This document shows, in pieces, positions 40,094 to 49,762 of a DNA stretch of 64,000 nucleotides. A model generated the notes under the pieces. It was not told the DNA's origin. It saw only the letters and a list, made by a program, of their open reading frames with translations, and did not search any database. The first letter of the stretch is position 1. Each line of letters opens with the position of its first letter. The stretch is from positions 192,001-256,000 of the forward strand of contig JBESAV010000001.1 of NCBI GenBank assembly GCA_041242255.1, read 5' to 3'. Position numbers and translations under genes: made by a program. Source of the DNA: Candidatus Altimarinota bacterium (GTDB taxonomy: Bacteria > Patescibacteriota > Gracilibacteria > UBA1369 > GCA-2718715).

Positions 40094-41614
40094 ATGACTA
40101 CATATATATCAATAATTATTTTCGGAATTTTGTTTGGAGGCCTTGGGTCTTACTTTGTAGTAAAGTCAGCCAAGAATAAGTTAAACAAACAAAAAGAAAG
40201 CATACTTCAAAAAGCTAAGACACAGGTATCAGAAATAAAAAATGAAGCCCAATCAGACATAAAATATCAAGAGTCAGTTATAGCTGATCTAGATAAGGAG
40301 TTTCAGTCTTTTATCCCAGTCCTAGAGGACAAGATTGATAAAAAACAAAACTTCCTTAAAAAAAGAGAGTCTAAGCTTTCCCAGATAAATCACAAAATTT
40401 CAGAATCTAAAGACTCAATATCCAAAACAGAGGAAAGTCTAAAAGACATAACCTCAGATACTTTAAGTAAATTAAGTCAAAAAGCAGAGAAGTCCGTAGA
40501 TGAAACAAAGGAATCTATAAAGTCAGATTTAAAAAATGAATTTCAAAAGTTTTATGCCAAAGAAATTCAATCCTATGCAAATCACATTTCTGATATATCT
40601 GTAAAAAAAGCTCAGGAGGACTTAAAGGTAATTATGCAAAAGTACACTGAACCATCTTCCACAGATCGTTTAGATAAGCATTTCGAGTTACTAAGCCCAA
40701 AAGAAGCCTTGAGATTAGCTGGACCTGACTCAACTAACTTTAAATACATTAAAGACAAGTTAGATGTAGATATTGAGATAGATGAGGTGGAGCCTAATGT
40801 TGTCAGAGTATCTGGTTTCATTCTATGGAAACAAGAGATCGCTAAGTTGACACTCGATAAGCTTACTAAGCTATCTCACATAGATCAGCCAATCATAGAT
40901 AAAGTCATCCAACAGTCTACCGACGAAATGAACCAGCACCTCGAGTCCATTGGTAAAGATGTTGCTAAAGAGATACAGTTAGAGAGTCCATCAAAAGAGT
41001 TATTGAATATTCTAGGGAGATTGCAATACAGAACCAGTTACGGTCAAAATATACTTTTCCATTCTTTCGAAGTAGCTTACTTCTCTCAAATCATTGCCAA
41101 CATGCTAGGTGAAGATCCAAGAGTAGCTTTCCTTGCAGGTTTCTTTCATGACGTAGGAAAAGCAATAGATCAAGAACAAGAAGGAACACATGACTTACTA
41201 GGTAAAGAATTCTTAGAGTCTCAAGGGTTTGACTATGAGATATACCACCCTGCTCACTCACATCACTACTTAGTACCAGTAGAAACAACTATTGGAGAAA
41301 TAGTAATTATAGCCGATAAAATCTCTGCAGGAAGACCAGGAGCTCGTGCCGAATCAGCTGAAATGTATTATGAAAGAGTTAAAGGTCTAGAGAGAATTGC
41401 TGCAGAGTACGAAGGAGTCAAAAAAGCTTATGCTATTTCAGCAGGACGTGAGATCAGAACTTTCTTAGATGAAAACAAAGTTTCTGACAAGGATATGGAT
41501 AAATTAGCTCAAACTATAGCTCATCAAGTTGAATCCGAGTTAACCTACCCAGGTCAAATCAAGGTAAACCTCATCCGCACAGTCCAATCATCAGATTACG
41601 CCAATAAAAAATAA
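40094..41614 (+). CDS. rny: Ribonuclease Y
   Basis: N-terminal TM and coiled coil, 'RTSYGQN', HD motif 'HDVGKA', 'SAGRPGAR', 'YPGQIKV'. Confidence 0.9.
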   Translation: MTTYISIIIFGILFGGLGSYFVVKSAKNKLNKQKESILQKAKTQVSEIKNEAQSDIKYQESVIADLDKEFQSFIPVLEDKIDKKQNFLKKRESKLSQINHKISESKDSISKTEESLKDITSDTLSKLSQKAEKSVDETKESIKSDLKNEFQKFYAKEIQSYANHISDISVKKAQEDLKVIMQKYTEPSSTDRLDKHFELLSPKEALRLAGPDSTNFKYIKDKLDVDIEIDEVEPNVVRVSGFILWKQEIAKLTLDKLTKLSHIDQPIIDKVIQQSTDEMNQHLESIGKDVAKEIQLESPSKELLNILGRLQYRTSYGQNILFHSFEVAYFSQIIANMLGEDPRVAFLAGFFHDVGKAIDQEQEGTHDLLGKEFLESQGFDYEIYHPAHSHHYLVPVETTIGEIVIIADKISAGRPGARAESAEMYYERVKGLERIAAEYEGVKKAYAISAGREIRTFLDENKVSDKDMDKLAQTIAHQVESELTYPGQIKVNLIRTVQSSDYANKK

Positions 41615-41615
41615 T

Positions 41616-41774
41616 ATGTTCAAACGAAAAAAGAAAAAACGTATCATAGAAAAAATCCTTATGGGGGCAGTTCTAGGTGCAGCTGTTGGATCAGTTGTAG
41701 GAGCAACTTCTAAAAGAAAAGAGAAAGAAAAACAAAAAAAGAAGTCTTTTTTCTCTAGAATATTTAAACGATAG
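41616..41774 (+). CDS. Small basic membrane peptide (52 aa, YtxH-like N-terminus; absent from ORF track)
   Basis: MFKRKKKKRIIEKILMGAVLGAAVGSVVGATSKRKEKEKQKKKSFFSRIFKR*; starts 1 nt after rny stop. Confidence 0.7.
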   Translation: MFKRKKKKRIIEKILMGAVLGAAVGSVVGATSKRKEKEKQKKKSFFSRIFKR

Positions 41775-41827
41775 TTGACGATTTTCTATCTTTGTTTTAT
41801 AAATAGCTAAAATAAATAGTAAGCAAA

Positions 41828-43606
41828 ATGACTAAGAAAAACCAAATCTTGCTAATCTTAGCAATAACATTGTCTGTACCACTTTTAATCGTAGCAACTC
41901 TCTTTGCTGCTACTTTCCATTTCAACGGTAAAACAATCCCCTCTCAAAAATATTTAGATAAAAATATTTCGGGACTATCATATCAAGAGCTAAATTCTAA
42001 ACTTTCATTATTAGATAATAAGCTTAACCAAACTCAAGCAACTTTAGTTCATGAAGATGAAAGTACTAAAGTATTTCTAGAGGAACTTATTCAAGACCCT
42101 TCACACGAAGAAGTTTTAAAATCAACATTATTCTATAAAGGTAGACCAACTATAGCTCAGCTCCTTAAAGACTCATTCAATTCCCAAAAATATTATCCAA
42201 ATATTGAGCTCGACCAGTCACAGGCCACAGAGGCTATCTCTAGCAAGCTACAAAACCTAACACCGACACTTAACGCATCTATTGATAAAAATGGGCAGAT
42301 AATTGATTCTCAGGATGGTTTATCCATCGATATGGAAAATTTACAAAACCAACTAGAAAATTATCTTACAAAAAAAGATATTATCAACGTTGATACAATT
42401 AGTACCCAAGCAGAAGTTACATCAAAAGACTTGTCTCCTTTTCAAGCAAACATAGATTATCTTAAAGAAAATTCTCTCACACTTCTCATATCAGACAAAG
42501 AATATGAGCTATCTCTATTCGACAATCTAGATCAAATAGAATTTTCCAGAGACGAAAATGAGTCGATCCAAGTAAATCTATCTACAGATTTCATTACTAA
42601 CTACTTAAATAGAGTTGTAAGACCTGACATAAAAATAGAACCAGGAAAATTAACTCTTACTTATAACGAAGAGACTGAGAAAGTAGACTTTGAATCCGAT
42701 TCAACCAAGGGTGTAGATTTAAATGTCGAAGGAAGCATTGATGCAGTTAATCTAGCAATCCAAAGCCAAATCTTCTCCGCCCAGCAAAATCCAATATACC
42801 TATCGACAATTGATCTTGAGCCAACTCTTGAAATTGACCCAGTCTTAAAAGAGCAAGGAGTAACAGAGCTAATCGAAACTGGTTATACGACTTTTAGAGG
42901 ATCAACTTACAATAGGATTACCAACATAAATGTAGGGATGGCTACCTTCAACGGGCTAATTATTCAGCCAGACGAAGAGTTCTCTTTCAATGAAAACCTT
43001 GGTCCTGTAGATGCATCGACTGGATACGTTCCTGAACTAGTAATCAAATCAATTGGAACAATCCCTGAGTACGGGGGAGGTTTATGCCAAGTATCAAGCA
43101 CAATGTATAGAGCTGCCTTAATGTCAGGTCTTGAGATAACTGAACGCGACAACCATTCTTATGCAGTAAGTTATTATGCTCAAGTTCTAGGTCATGGGTT
43201 AGACGCTACAATCTATCCAGGAGTTAAAGATCTTAAATTTATAAACAACACTGGCTACCCAATTGTTGTTCAAGCTTATGCAGAAGGGACATCCGCTTAC
43301 TTTAAATTCTATGGAACTAAACACATTGATAGAGTAGAGCTAGTTGGTCCAGTTAATTCTAATTATAGAAGTCCAGGTCCTCAAAGTGTTACAGTAAATC
43401 CAAATCTGCCTGCAGGAACAGTAAAAGTTATGGATAACCCAGTAACAGGATTCGACTCATACTGGCAAAGAATCATCTACGATAAAGACAACAATAAAAC
43501 AACTGAAGATATATTCTCTGACTACAGAGCAGTAAATAGCAAGTTAGTAGTCAGCCCTGACTATTACGATACTAAAGAAGAACCAAGTACACCAGAATCT
43601 ATCTAG
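41828..43606 (+). CDS. VanW-family exported protein
   Basis: N-terminal TM; 'RITNI', 'FSFN', 'GGGLCQVSST', 'ERDNHS', 'GLDATI', 'DLKFIN'. Confidence 0.9.
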   Translation: MTKKNQILLILAITLSVPLLIVATLFAATFHFNGKTIPSQKYLDKNISGLSYQELNSKLSLLDNKLNQTQATLVHEDESTKVFLEELIQDPSHEEVLKSTLFYKGRPTIAQLLKDSFNSQKYYPNIELDQSQATEAISSKLQNLTPTLNASIDKNGQIIDSQDGLSIDMENLQNQLENYLTKKDIINVDTISTQAEVTSKDLSPFQANIDYLKENSLTLLISDKEYELSLFDNLDQIEFSRDENESIQVNLSTDFITNYLNRVVRPDIKIEPGKLTLTYNEETEKVDFESDSTKGVDLNVEGSIDAVNLAIQSQIFSAQQNPIYLSTIDLEPTLEIDPVLKEQGVTELIETGYTTFRGSTYNRITNINVGMATFNGLIIQPDEEFSFNENLGPVDASTGYVPELVIKSIGTIPEYGGGLCQVSSTMYRAALMSGLEITERDNHSYAVSYYAQVLGHGLDATIYPGVKDLKFINNTGYPIVVQAYAEGTSAYFKFYGTKHIDRVELVGPVNSNYRSPGPQSVTVNPNLPAGTVKVMDNPVTGFDSYWQRIIYDKDNNKTTEDIFSDYRAVNSKLVVSPDYYDTKEEPSTPESI

Positions 43607-44378
43607 ATTGGTAAAGGGGGTCCTCCCCTTTTTTTCTTTTTATATCAACAATTTTCTGTTTAGCCTCCTCATTATATGGGTTACTGTCTAGGTAAGCTTG
43701 CATGAAAGCAATTCCTTCATCCCAAGCTTTAACTTCCATAAGTAAGTTAGTTATATAAAAATACATATCATCATTCTCAGGGTTTATTTCTAGCGCCCTC
43801 GAGAAGTTATTTATAGCTTCTCTATAATCTTTCGTATCAACACAAATCTGACCAAGGCTAACATATCTACTCTCTTTAGGATCAATATTCAAAGCTTTAC
43901 GGTAATAAACTTTAGCTTCCTCCAAGAAGTTTTGATTATACAAACTCAAAGCCAAGTTACTAAAGTAAACTGCGTTTCTAGGTTTAAGTTTAGTTAAAAG
44001 CCTATAAATAGCCTCTGCTTTAGAAGGCATATCTTTCTTCAAATAGATAAGTCCAAGTTTATTATTAGCTACCTCGTGATCCGGATCAATCGCCAAAGCT
44101 TGAACATAAATTTTACTCGCTTCGTCCAATAAATCTTTACTATACAGTATTTCCGCCTGACTAATAAGCTTGTTTAGTTTTGCATAGTCAATCGCACTCT
44201 TCCTTATGTTAGAAGGAGTGTAGTCATCTTCATTATTCATAACATCCTCTTTGAAAGTTGATGCAGTTTTCCGCTCTGCTCTAACCTTTATCTTGTTTTT
44301 TTGTTGTTGTTCTTTAAATCTAATCACAAAAATCCCTACTATCCCAATCACTGATCCGATTATTAGTACCCAAAGCAT
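43599..44378 (-). CDS. Membrane-anchored TPR protein
   Basis: N-terminal TM; repeated TPR units such as 'A..YRKALNIDP'. Confidence 0.8.
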   Translation of the reverse strand: MLWVLIIGSVIGIVGIFVIRFKEQQQKNKIKVRAERKTASTFKEDVMNNEDDYTPSNIRKSAIDYAKLNKLISQAEILYSKDLLDEASKIYVQALAIDPDHEVANNKLGLIYLKKDMPSKAEAIYRLLTKLKPRNAVYFSNLALSLYNQNFLEEAKVYYRKALNIDPKESRYVSLGQICVDTKDYREAINNFSRALEINPENDDMYFYITNLLMEVKAWDEGIAFMQAYLDSNPYNEEAKQKIVDIKRKKGEDPLYQSR

Positions 44379-44387
44379 GTGTATATA

Positions 44388-45107
44388 TTAATTAGAGACC
44401 ATATTACTGACTAGTCGAATCACACGCAAGAGTAAAACCTCTATAGCCAGCTTAAAATTAACATTTGCCTTCACATCATCCAAGCACCTCTGCGCCAATA
44501 TAACTACATCAGCATATTCACTCTCACCTTTTATCAATTTTTCCCTACTAAATATTATAAGTTCGTCCAAAATCTCCACTGCTTCTTCCCTATTCTCAAT
44601 CCTACCTGCAAAGTCTATAACCTCAGCTTCATTCGCAATCGAGCCTAAGATTTCCTCAATCCTATCTGTGTTCTTCAATGTCTCTGACTTAATCTCAAAA
44701 CCTCTACATCTAGATATAATAGTATCCAATACATTATTCTTATTCCTACATCCCAAAAAAAATACAACTCCTCTGGGAGGCTCCTCTAATATTTTAAGCA
44801 TTGAGTTAACAGCTGGTATGCTAAGTCTCTCTATATTTTCGATATAACAGGTTTTATAAATAGACTGGCTACTCAGCATCATCTGATTTTGGATTAGTCG
44901 AAGTTCTTTTACTCCAAACTTATCACCTTCATCTAGGCATTCAATATTATCAGTTACATCAATTTTTCCATTCTGCAAAACCTTCACTGCTTTTCTAACA
45001 GTCTCCCTTACTTCATCTTTTTGCCCTGATATCAAATAAGCATGACTACTCTGATCAGACTTTACTTCAAGTGTAAATCTCTTTAAGACTGTATCAGTTG
45101 TGGACAT
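44388..45107 (-). CDS. holB: DNA polymerase III delta-prime subunit
   Basis: 'SHAYLISG', 'NSMLKILEEPP', 'TIISRC'; start refined to 45107. Confidence 0.8.
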   Translation of the reverse strand: MSTTDTVLKRFTLEVKSDQSSHAYLISGQKDEVRETVRKAVKVLQNGKIDVTDNIECLDEGDKFGVKELRLIQNQMMLSSQSIYKTCYIENIERLSIPAVNSMLKILEEPPRGVVFFLGCRNKNNVLDTIISRCRGFEIKSETLKNTDRIEEILGSIANEAEVIDFAGRIENREEAVEILDELIIFSREKLIKGESEYADVVILAQRCLDDVKANVNFKLAIEVLLLRVIRLVSNMVSN

Positions 45108-45155
45108 TTCAGATTTGATTATAATACGTATATATATGATATAACCTTTCAGAAA

Positions 45156-45833
45156 ATGAACAATCAAAAGGTGTTTACATTGTTTCTGATAGCTTCTCTA
45201 CTAACCCTTACAGGTTGCCAGATGGAAAAGACTATACAGAATTATGACAGTGATCAACCCGCTAGCCAACCAGTAGAAACTAACCTAACCACAATGGAAA
45301 GAGCAGAACAAATGATGCAACTTGAGCCAACTGCATACGCAACAATCAAAACCAATAAAGGTGATATGAAGTTCAAACTATTCGGCGAACAAACTCCAGA
45401 ACTAACCAAAAACTTCATAGAACTAGCTAAGGAAGGTAAATATGAAAATGTCCCTTTTCATAGAGTTATGAAGGATTTCATGGTTCAAACAGGTGATTTC
45501 GAAAGAAAAGACGGTACCGGTGGACACTCATATAAAGGAGAAGGAACAACACTCGGTGATGAGTATCACGAAAGCCTAGTTCATGTTTACGGAGCATTAG
45601 CTAATGCTAAAAGCTTCCTACCAAACTCAATTGGAAGCCAATTTTATATCGTTAACAATGAAGATGGAGCCCACATGTTAGATGATAGATACAGCGTTTT
45701 CGGACTTCTAATGGAAGGAGAAGACGTTCTTGAAGAGATATCAAACGTAGAAGTTACCTCAAACAGTGGAGGAGAAATGTCACGTCCAACTGAAGAGATT
45801 ATTATGGAGTCAGTAGAAATAGAAGAACTATAA
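45156..45833 (+). CDS. Cyclophilin-type peptidyl-prolyl isomerase, lipoprotein
   Basis: LTGC lipobox; 'FHRVMKDFMVQTGD', 'GSQFYI', 'YSVFG'. Confidence 0.92.
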   Translation: MNNQKVFTLFLIASLLTLTGCQMEKTIQNYDSDQPASQPVETNLTTMERAEQMMQLEPTAYATIKTNKGDMKFKLFGEQTPELTKNFIELAKEGKYENVPFHRVMKDFMVQTGDFERKDGTGGHSYKGEGTTLGDEYHESLVHVYGALANAKSFLPNSIGSQFYIVNNEDGAHMLDDRYSVFGLLMEGEDVLEEISNVEVTSNSGGEMSRPTEEIIMESVEIEEL

Positions 45834-45841
45834 TAAAAATT

Positions 45842-45875
45842 AAAGCACTGAACAAATGAAGTTTAGTGCTTTTTT
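45842..45875. terminator. Intrinsic terminator
   Basis: aaagcactgaac...gtttagtgctttttt hairpin. Confidence 0.6.
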
Positions 45876-45955
45876 GATATAAATAAAAAACGTCCAGTAT
45901 AACCCGGACGTTCTAACCCAACAAACATGTGCCTATAAAAGGCTACACGAGTATA

Positions 45956-46309
45956 CTATTTTAAAGTATCTTTTGCTAGTTTTTCGAAAGCAGCATTATG
46001 ATTCAATGCAAGATCAGCTAAAACTTTTCTGTTCAAAGTAATACCTTCTTTCTTTAGGCCATTCATAAACCTACTGTAGCTAAACTTAGCATCGATTTGC
46101 TTCAAACCAGCAGAGATTCTAGAAATCCAAAGTTGTCTGAAATCTCTCTTTTTTAGTTTTCTACCTTTGTAAGCATTTTGACCAGCTTTCATCCATGCTT
46201 GTACAGCTTGATTATAAACCTTCGATCTAAGACCTCTATATCCTTTGGTCTGCTTTAGTATTTTTTTATGTCTTCTTCTGGTTGTAAAACCACCTTTTAC
46301 TCTAGTCAT
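45956..46309 (-). CDS. rplT: 50S ribosomal protein L20
   Basis: 'MTRVKGG', '[13 protein letters not shown]', '[10 protein letters not shown]'. Confidence 0.97.
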   Translation of the reverse strand: MTRVKGGFTTRRRHKKILKQTKGYRGLRSKVYNQAVQAWMKAGQNAYKGRKLKKRDFRQLWISRISAGLKQIDAKFSYSRFMNGLKKEGITLNRKVLADLALNHNAAFEKLAKDTLK

Positions 46310-46328
46310 TTTTCTTTGTATTTAATTA

Positions 46329-46523
46329 TTATCCGTGAGGTAGTGATCTTTTTAAGCTTTTCAGTCTTCCTTTGAAAGCTTCCATGTAACCTCTATTTTT
46401 TGATCTTTTAGACTTGTTTTTTAATAGATGATGATTGTTTGCATTATCAAACATCTTTTTTCCTTTACCGCCTTTAGTAGTCTTAACTCTTTTAGCAACG
46501 GCTTTTCTTGTTTTTTGCTTCAT
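46329..46523 (-). CDS. rpmI: 50S ribosomal protein L35
   Basis: 'KQKTRKAVAKRVK'; lies between infC and rplT. Confidence 0.9.
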   Translation of the reverse strand: MKQKTRKAVAKRVKTTKGGKGKKMFDNANNHHLLKNKSKRSKNRGYMEAFKGRLKSLKRSLPHG

Positions 46524-46544
46524 TTTATCAAATTTAACTTAGTT

Positions 46545-47051
46545 TTATTTAGGTGCCATTATCATCATCAACTTGCTCCCTTGTTTCTTTGGAGCGGTGT
46601 CAATTGTAGCAACATCCTTTAATTCGTCAACAAATTTATCAAACTTCTCGTATCCAAGCTCAGTGTGAGCATGCTCTCTTCCTTTGAAGATTAATGAGAA
46701 TTTCACTAGGTTTCCATCCTCCAAAAATTTCTTAGCTTGCTTAATCTTCGTTTGCATATCATGCTCCCCTATTCTTAAAGAAATTCTAATCCCTTTTACT
46801 TCTGTCTGCTTTTGAGCTTTCTTTTGTTTTTTCTCAGCTTTCTTCTGCTCGTACAAATGCTTACCATAGTCCATAATTCTACAAACTGGTGGTTTCGCTT
46901 TTGGAGATACTTCTACTAGATCTAAACCAGCTTCTTCAGCCAATTCTCTAGCTTTATCTATCCCAACAATTCCTAACTGTTCTCCTTCTACATCTATAAG
47001 TCTAACAGCAGGCGCTTTAGTAATTTCTTCATTGATCCTGAATTCTTTAAT
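46545..47051 (-). CDS. infC: Translation initiation factor IF-3 (ATT start)
   Basis: Frame extends upstream of the track start as ATT-KEFRINEEITKAPAVRLIDVEGEQLG; 'LDLVEVSP', 'PPVCRIMDYGK'. Confidence 0.93.
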   Translation of the reverse strand: MKEFRINEEITKAPAVRLIDVEGEQLGIVGIDKARELAEEAGLDLVEVSPKAKPPVCRIMDYGKHLYEQKKAEKKQKKAQKQTEVKGIRISLRIGEHDMQTKIKQAKKFLEDGNLVKFSLIFKGREHAHTELGYEKFDKFVDELKDVATIDTAPKKQGSKLMMIMAPK

Positions 47052-47161
47052 ACTTAAAGGGTTATATTATAATTTAAAAACGGGTTGCTTAAGGCATCCG
47101 AATAATACGTTTAAGAGCTAAAAGTGTCAACTTTCTTTTGACTTCATAAATCTACTGTTAA

Positions 47162-47779
47162 TTAGTACCCAACTCTACCAACTAAAGCTCTTTTCAGAGT
47201 TAATTCATCCGTGTAGTCAAGATTTCCACCAACAGGAAGACCACTTGCAATTCTAGATATTTTTACATGATCATCATTCTTGAACATTTCTGATATATAT
47301 ACAGCGGTTGCCTCCCCTTCACTACTGGTACTTGTTGCAAGTATTATTTCACTATCTTCAATTCTTTCACTCAAGCGTTTTTTAAGCTCTTTTAGTTTAA
47401 TCTCATTTGGACCAACTCCATCTAAAGGTGAAAGCGCTCCATGTAAGACATGATAAACACCATTGAATTCATTAGTATTCTCAATCGCGATTAAGTCTAA
47501 TACTTCCTCTACAACACATACTAAATTTTCATTACGATTCGGATTTGCACATACTTTACACAAACTTTCCTCACAAAGGTTAAAGCAGCTTTTGCAAAAT
47601 TTAATGTTTTCAACAATTCCAGATATTGATTTTGATAGTCTGTTTACGTCATCAGGATCTTGTCTAAGTAGATGAAAAGCTAGTCTTTGTGCTGACTTTC
47701 TCCCTATTGTCGGCAGCTTATTCAAATCGTCAATTAAGCTTACAATCGCCTCTGGCAAAAACCTATCATTTAAGCTCAT
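47162..47779 (-). CDS. recR: Recombination mediator RecR
   Basis: 'IGRKSAQRLA', C4 zinc finger, 'YHVLHG', 'EGEATA', 'GLPVGG'. Confidence 0.96.
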   Translation of the reverse strand: MSLNDRFLPEAIVSLIDDLNKLPTIGRKSAQRLAFHLLRQDPDDVNRLSKSISGIVENIKFCKSCFNLCEESLCKVCANPNRNENLVCVVEEVLDLIAIENTNEFNGVYHVLHGALSPLDGVGPNEIKLKELKKRLSERIEDSEIILATSTSSEGEATAVYISEMFKNDDHVKISRIASGLPVGGNLDYTDELTLKRALVGRVGY

Positions 47780-47886
47780 AAAGTAATTTTAAGTAATCAA
47801 ATTCTACATCTCTAAATTTTAAACTCAAAACTTTTTAATTTCTATTAAACCAAATTATATAAATTATTATTATCTAACCAAGTATC

Positions 47887-49320
47887 ATGCTCCGATCTTT
47901 AGCTATGCAAGATAATAAATATAAAGTCATACATATAGATTTTAATACTCTAAAAGGTTTTCCAGATTTTAATATAGCTGGACTAAAGACATCGCTTGCA
48001 AATGAGATTAAATATAAGTTTAAATCCCAAATAATATCTGCTGGTTTCAAGTACCCACCCATACGAAAAATAGCAAGTTTCCATCCCTCTAGTTTATCCG
48101 CTCAAGCTCAACTACTAGAGGTATCAGCGCTTTTAGGGTTCTTGATTAAAACAAATCAAATTAAATATAAGCCACAGCAGGACACTCTATTTGTAGGAAG
48201 TCTAGATTTACATGGCCGTTCCTTAAAAGCACATTTAGATGAAAAGCTTCTCAGCTCTGCAAAAGAACATGGGTTTAAAAATCTGTTCATGCCCAAAGCA
48301 AATCTTTCTGATTGGATTACATATAAAGGGTTAAATATTATAGCTTATAGCTCACTGAAGGATCTGATCGTTAAATTAGAAAAATACAATTATCAAATAC
48401 CAATCGAAAAATTATCCAGCAAGGAACAAAATAGTTTTGATCAAATAGTTAATAACTACTTCGCCAAAAAATTAATTGTTCTAGGAGTCGGTTCATTCTC
48501 AAATACTTTAGTAGTAGGCGAACCTGGTGTTGGAAAGACTTTATTACTAGATTCTATTCGAGAAATACTTCCTATTCCTACAAGTTTTTACAAGAGACAG
48601 ATCATGACAGACAAGAGTCAACATCCCTTCTATCAGTTCGATAGTGCCATGACAAAGACTGACATACTTGCGTCAAAAGAAGGGCTGTCTTTGTACGAAA
48701 AAGCTAATGTCGGAGTAGTAGGGGTGAATGAATTTAATCAACTTTCCAAGAAAGTTTTAGAGCTTTTTAAGTCTTCCCTCGACGATAAAAGTATTAACTA
48801 TAAAGGTAACAAGTTATCTAGCTTGCATGCCTTTGTAGCTACAATGAATCCTTGCAAATGTGGCTATTCAAACTCTAAAAATTATAAATGTATCTGTAAT
48901 GATTATTCCAAAAAACAGTTTATTCAAAAGTTAGGGTTGCCATTACTAGACAGATTCGACTTGTTCATCGATTTCAATTCAACCTCTAACCCCTATGCTC
49001 TTTCAAAAACCAAACAAGAGTCATCCTCAGCCACAAACCAGATAGCTAAACTCTTCGATTGGCAGTCCAAAAATGGATTCATTACTAAAAAAACATACCA
49101 AGACCTTTCAGGTCTACTTACTGAGAAATCACGCACACTTCTTGAGTTTAGTGCAGGTAAACTTTCGATGAGCATGCGTCGCAAAGTTAAAACTATGAGG
49201 TTGTCTCTAGCCATATCAATTCTTCAAGACAAAGAGGTAATTTTACCTGAACATATTTATGAAGCTTTAACCTATCAAAAATTCTACTATGACCTACTTG
49301 AGAAAAAAGATGCTAGGTAG
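47887..49320 (+). CDS. comM: YifB/ComM Mg-chelatase-like AAA+ ATPase (divergent)
   Basis: Walker A 'GEPGVGKT', 'MNPCKCG', 'PLLDRFD', 'EALTY'; adjacent to yraN. Confidence 0.8.
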   Translation: MLRSLAMQDNKYKVIHIDFNTLKGFPDFNIAGLKTSLANEIKYKFKSQIISAGFKYPPIRKIASFHPSSLSAQAQLLEVSALLGFLIKTNQIKYKPQQDTLFVGSLDLHGRSLKAHLDEKLLSSAKEHGFKNLFMPKANLSDWITYKGLNIIAYSSLKDLIVKLEKYNYQIPIEKLSSKEQNSFDQIVNNYFAKKLIVLGVGSFSNTLVVGEPGVGKTLLLDSIREILPIPTSFYKRQIMTDKSQHPFYQFDSAMTKTDILASKEGLSLYEKANVGVVGVNEFNQLSKKVLELFKSSLDDKSINYKGNKLSSLHAFVATMNPCKCGYSNSKNYKCICNDYSKKQFIQKLGLPLLDRFDLFIDFNSTSNPYALSKTKQESSSATNQIAKLFDWQSKNGFITKKTYQDLSGLLTEKSRTLLEFSAGKLSMSMRRKVKTMRLSLAISILQDKEVILPEHIYEALTYQKFYYDLLEKKDAR

Positions 49321-49678
49321 TTTAGGAGAATTCATCTTAAAAAAGTATTTTATTTCAAAGGGGTTCAGCCTCATATACCAAGGTTATCAAACTAAGTTCG
49401 GTGAAATAGATTTAATATTCTCATCATCTCAAACACTATACTTCGTAGAATCCAAGTTAACTACTAGTTCACTAAGCTCGAGTTATTCAGCCTGGCATAA
49501 AAAACAATCACAAAATTTGTATAAGGCAGCTCAATTATTTCTTAAAAAAGAACAAATCTACAGAAATAACAGCATTCAAGTTTTATTCTCAGAGCTAAAT
49601 TTCTCTCAAAAAGATTACATAACTTGGAACATCTATCCTGTAGATATAAATAAAAAATTTTTAAAAAGAGCGATTTGA
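49289..49678 (+). CDS. yraN: YraN-family (UPF0102) nuclease
   Basis: 'LG..GE', 'GEIDLI', 'LYFVESK'. Confidence 0.75.
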   Translation: MTYLRKKMLGSLGEFILKKYFISKGFSLIYQGYQTKFGEIDLIFSSSQTLYFVESKLTTSSLSSSYSAWHKKQSQNLYKAAQLFLKKEQIYRNNSIQVLFSELNFSQKDYITWNIYPVDINKKFLKRAI

Positions 49679-49762
49679 ACACACTTTCCTTTCGATTCAA
49701 CAATATATAAATCCATACTTTTTCAATCAGACTAAATTTATGTTATCTTACAGAAAAAATAA

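Noticed and set aside
41828-43606. Vancomycin resistance locus
   Set aside because: VanW-domain proteins are widespread; no vanHAX or vanRS present
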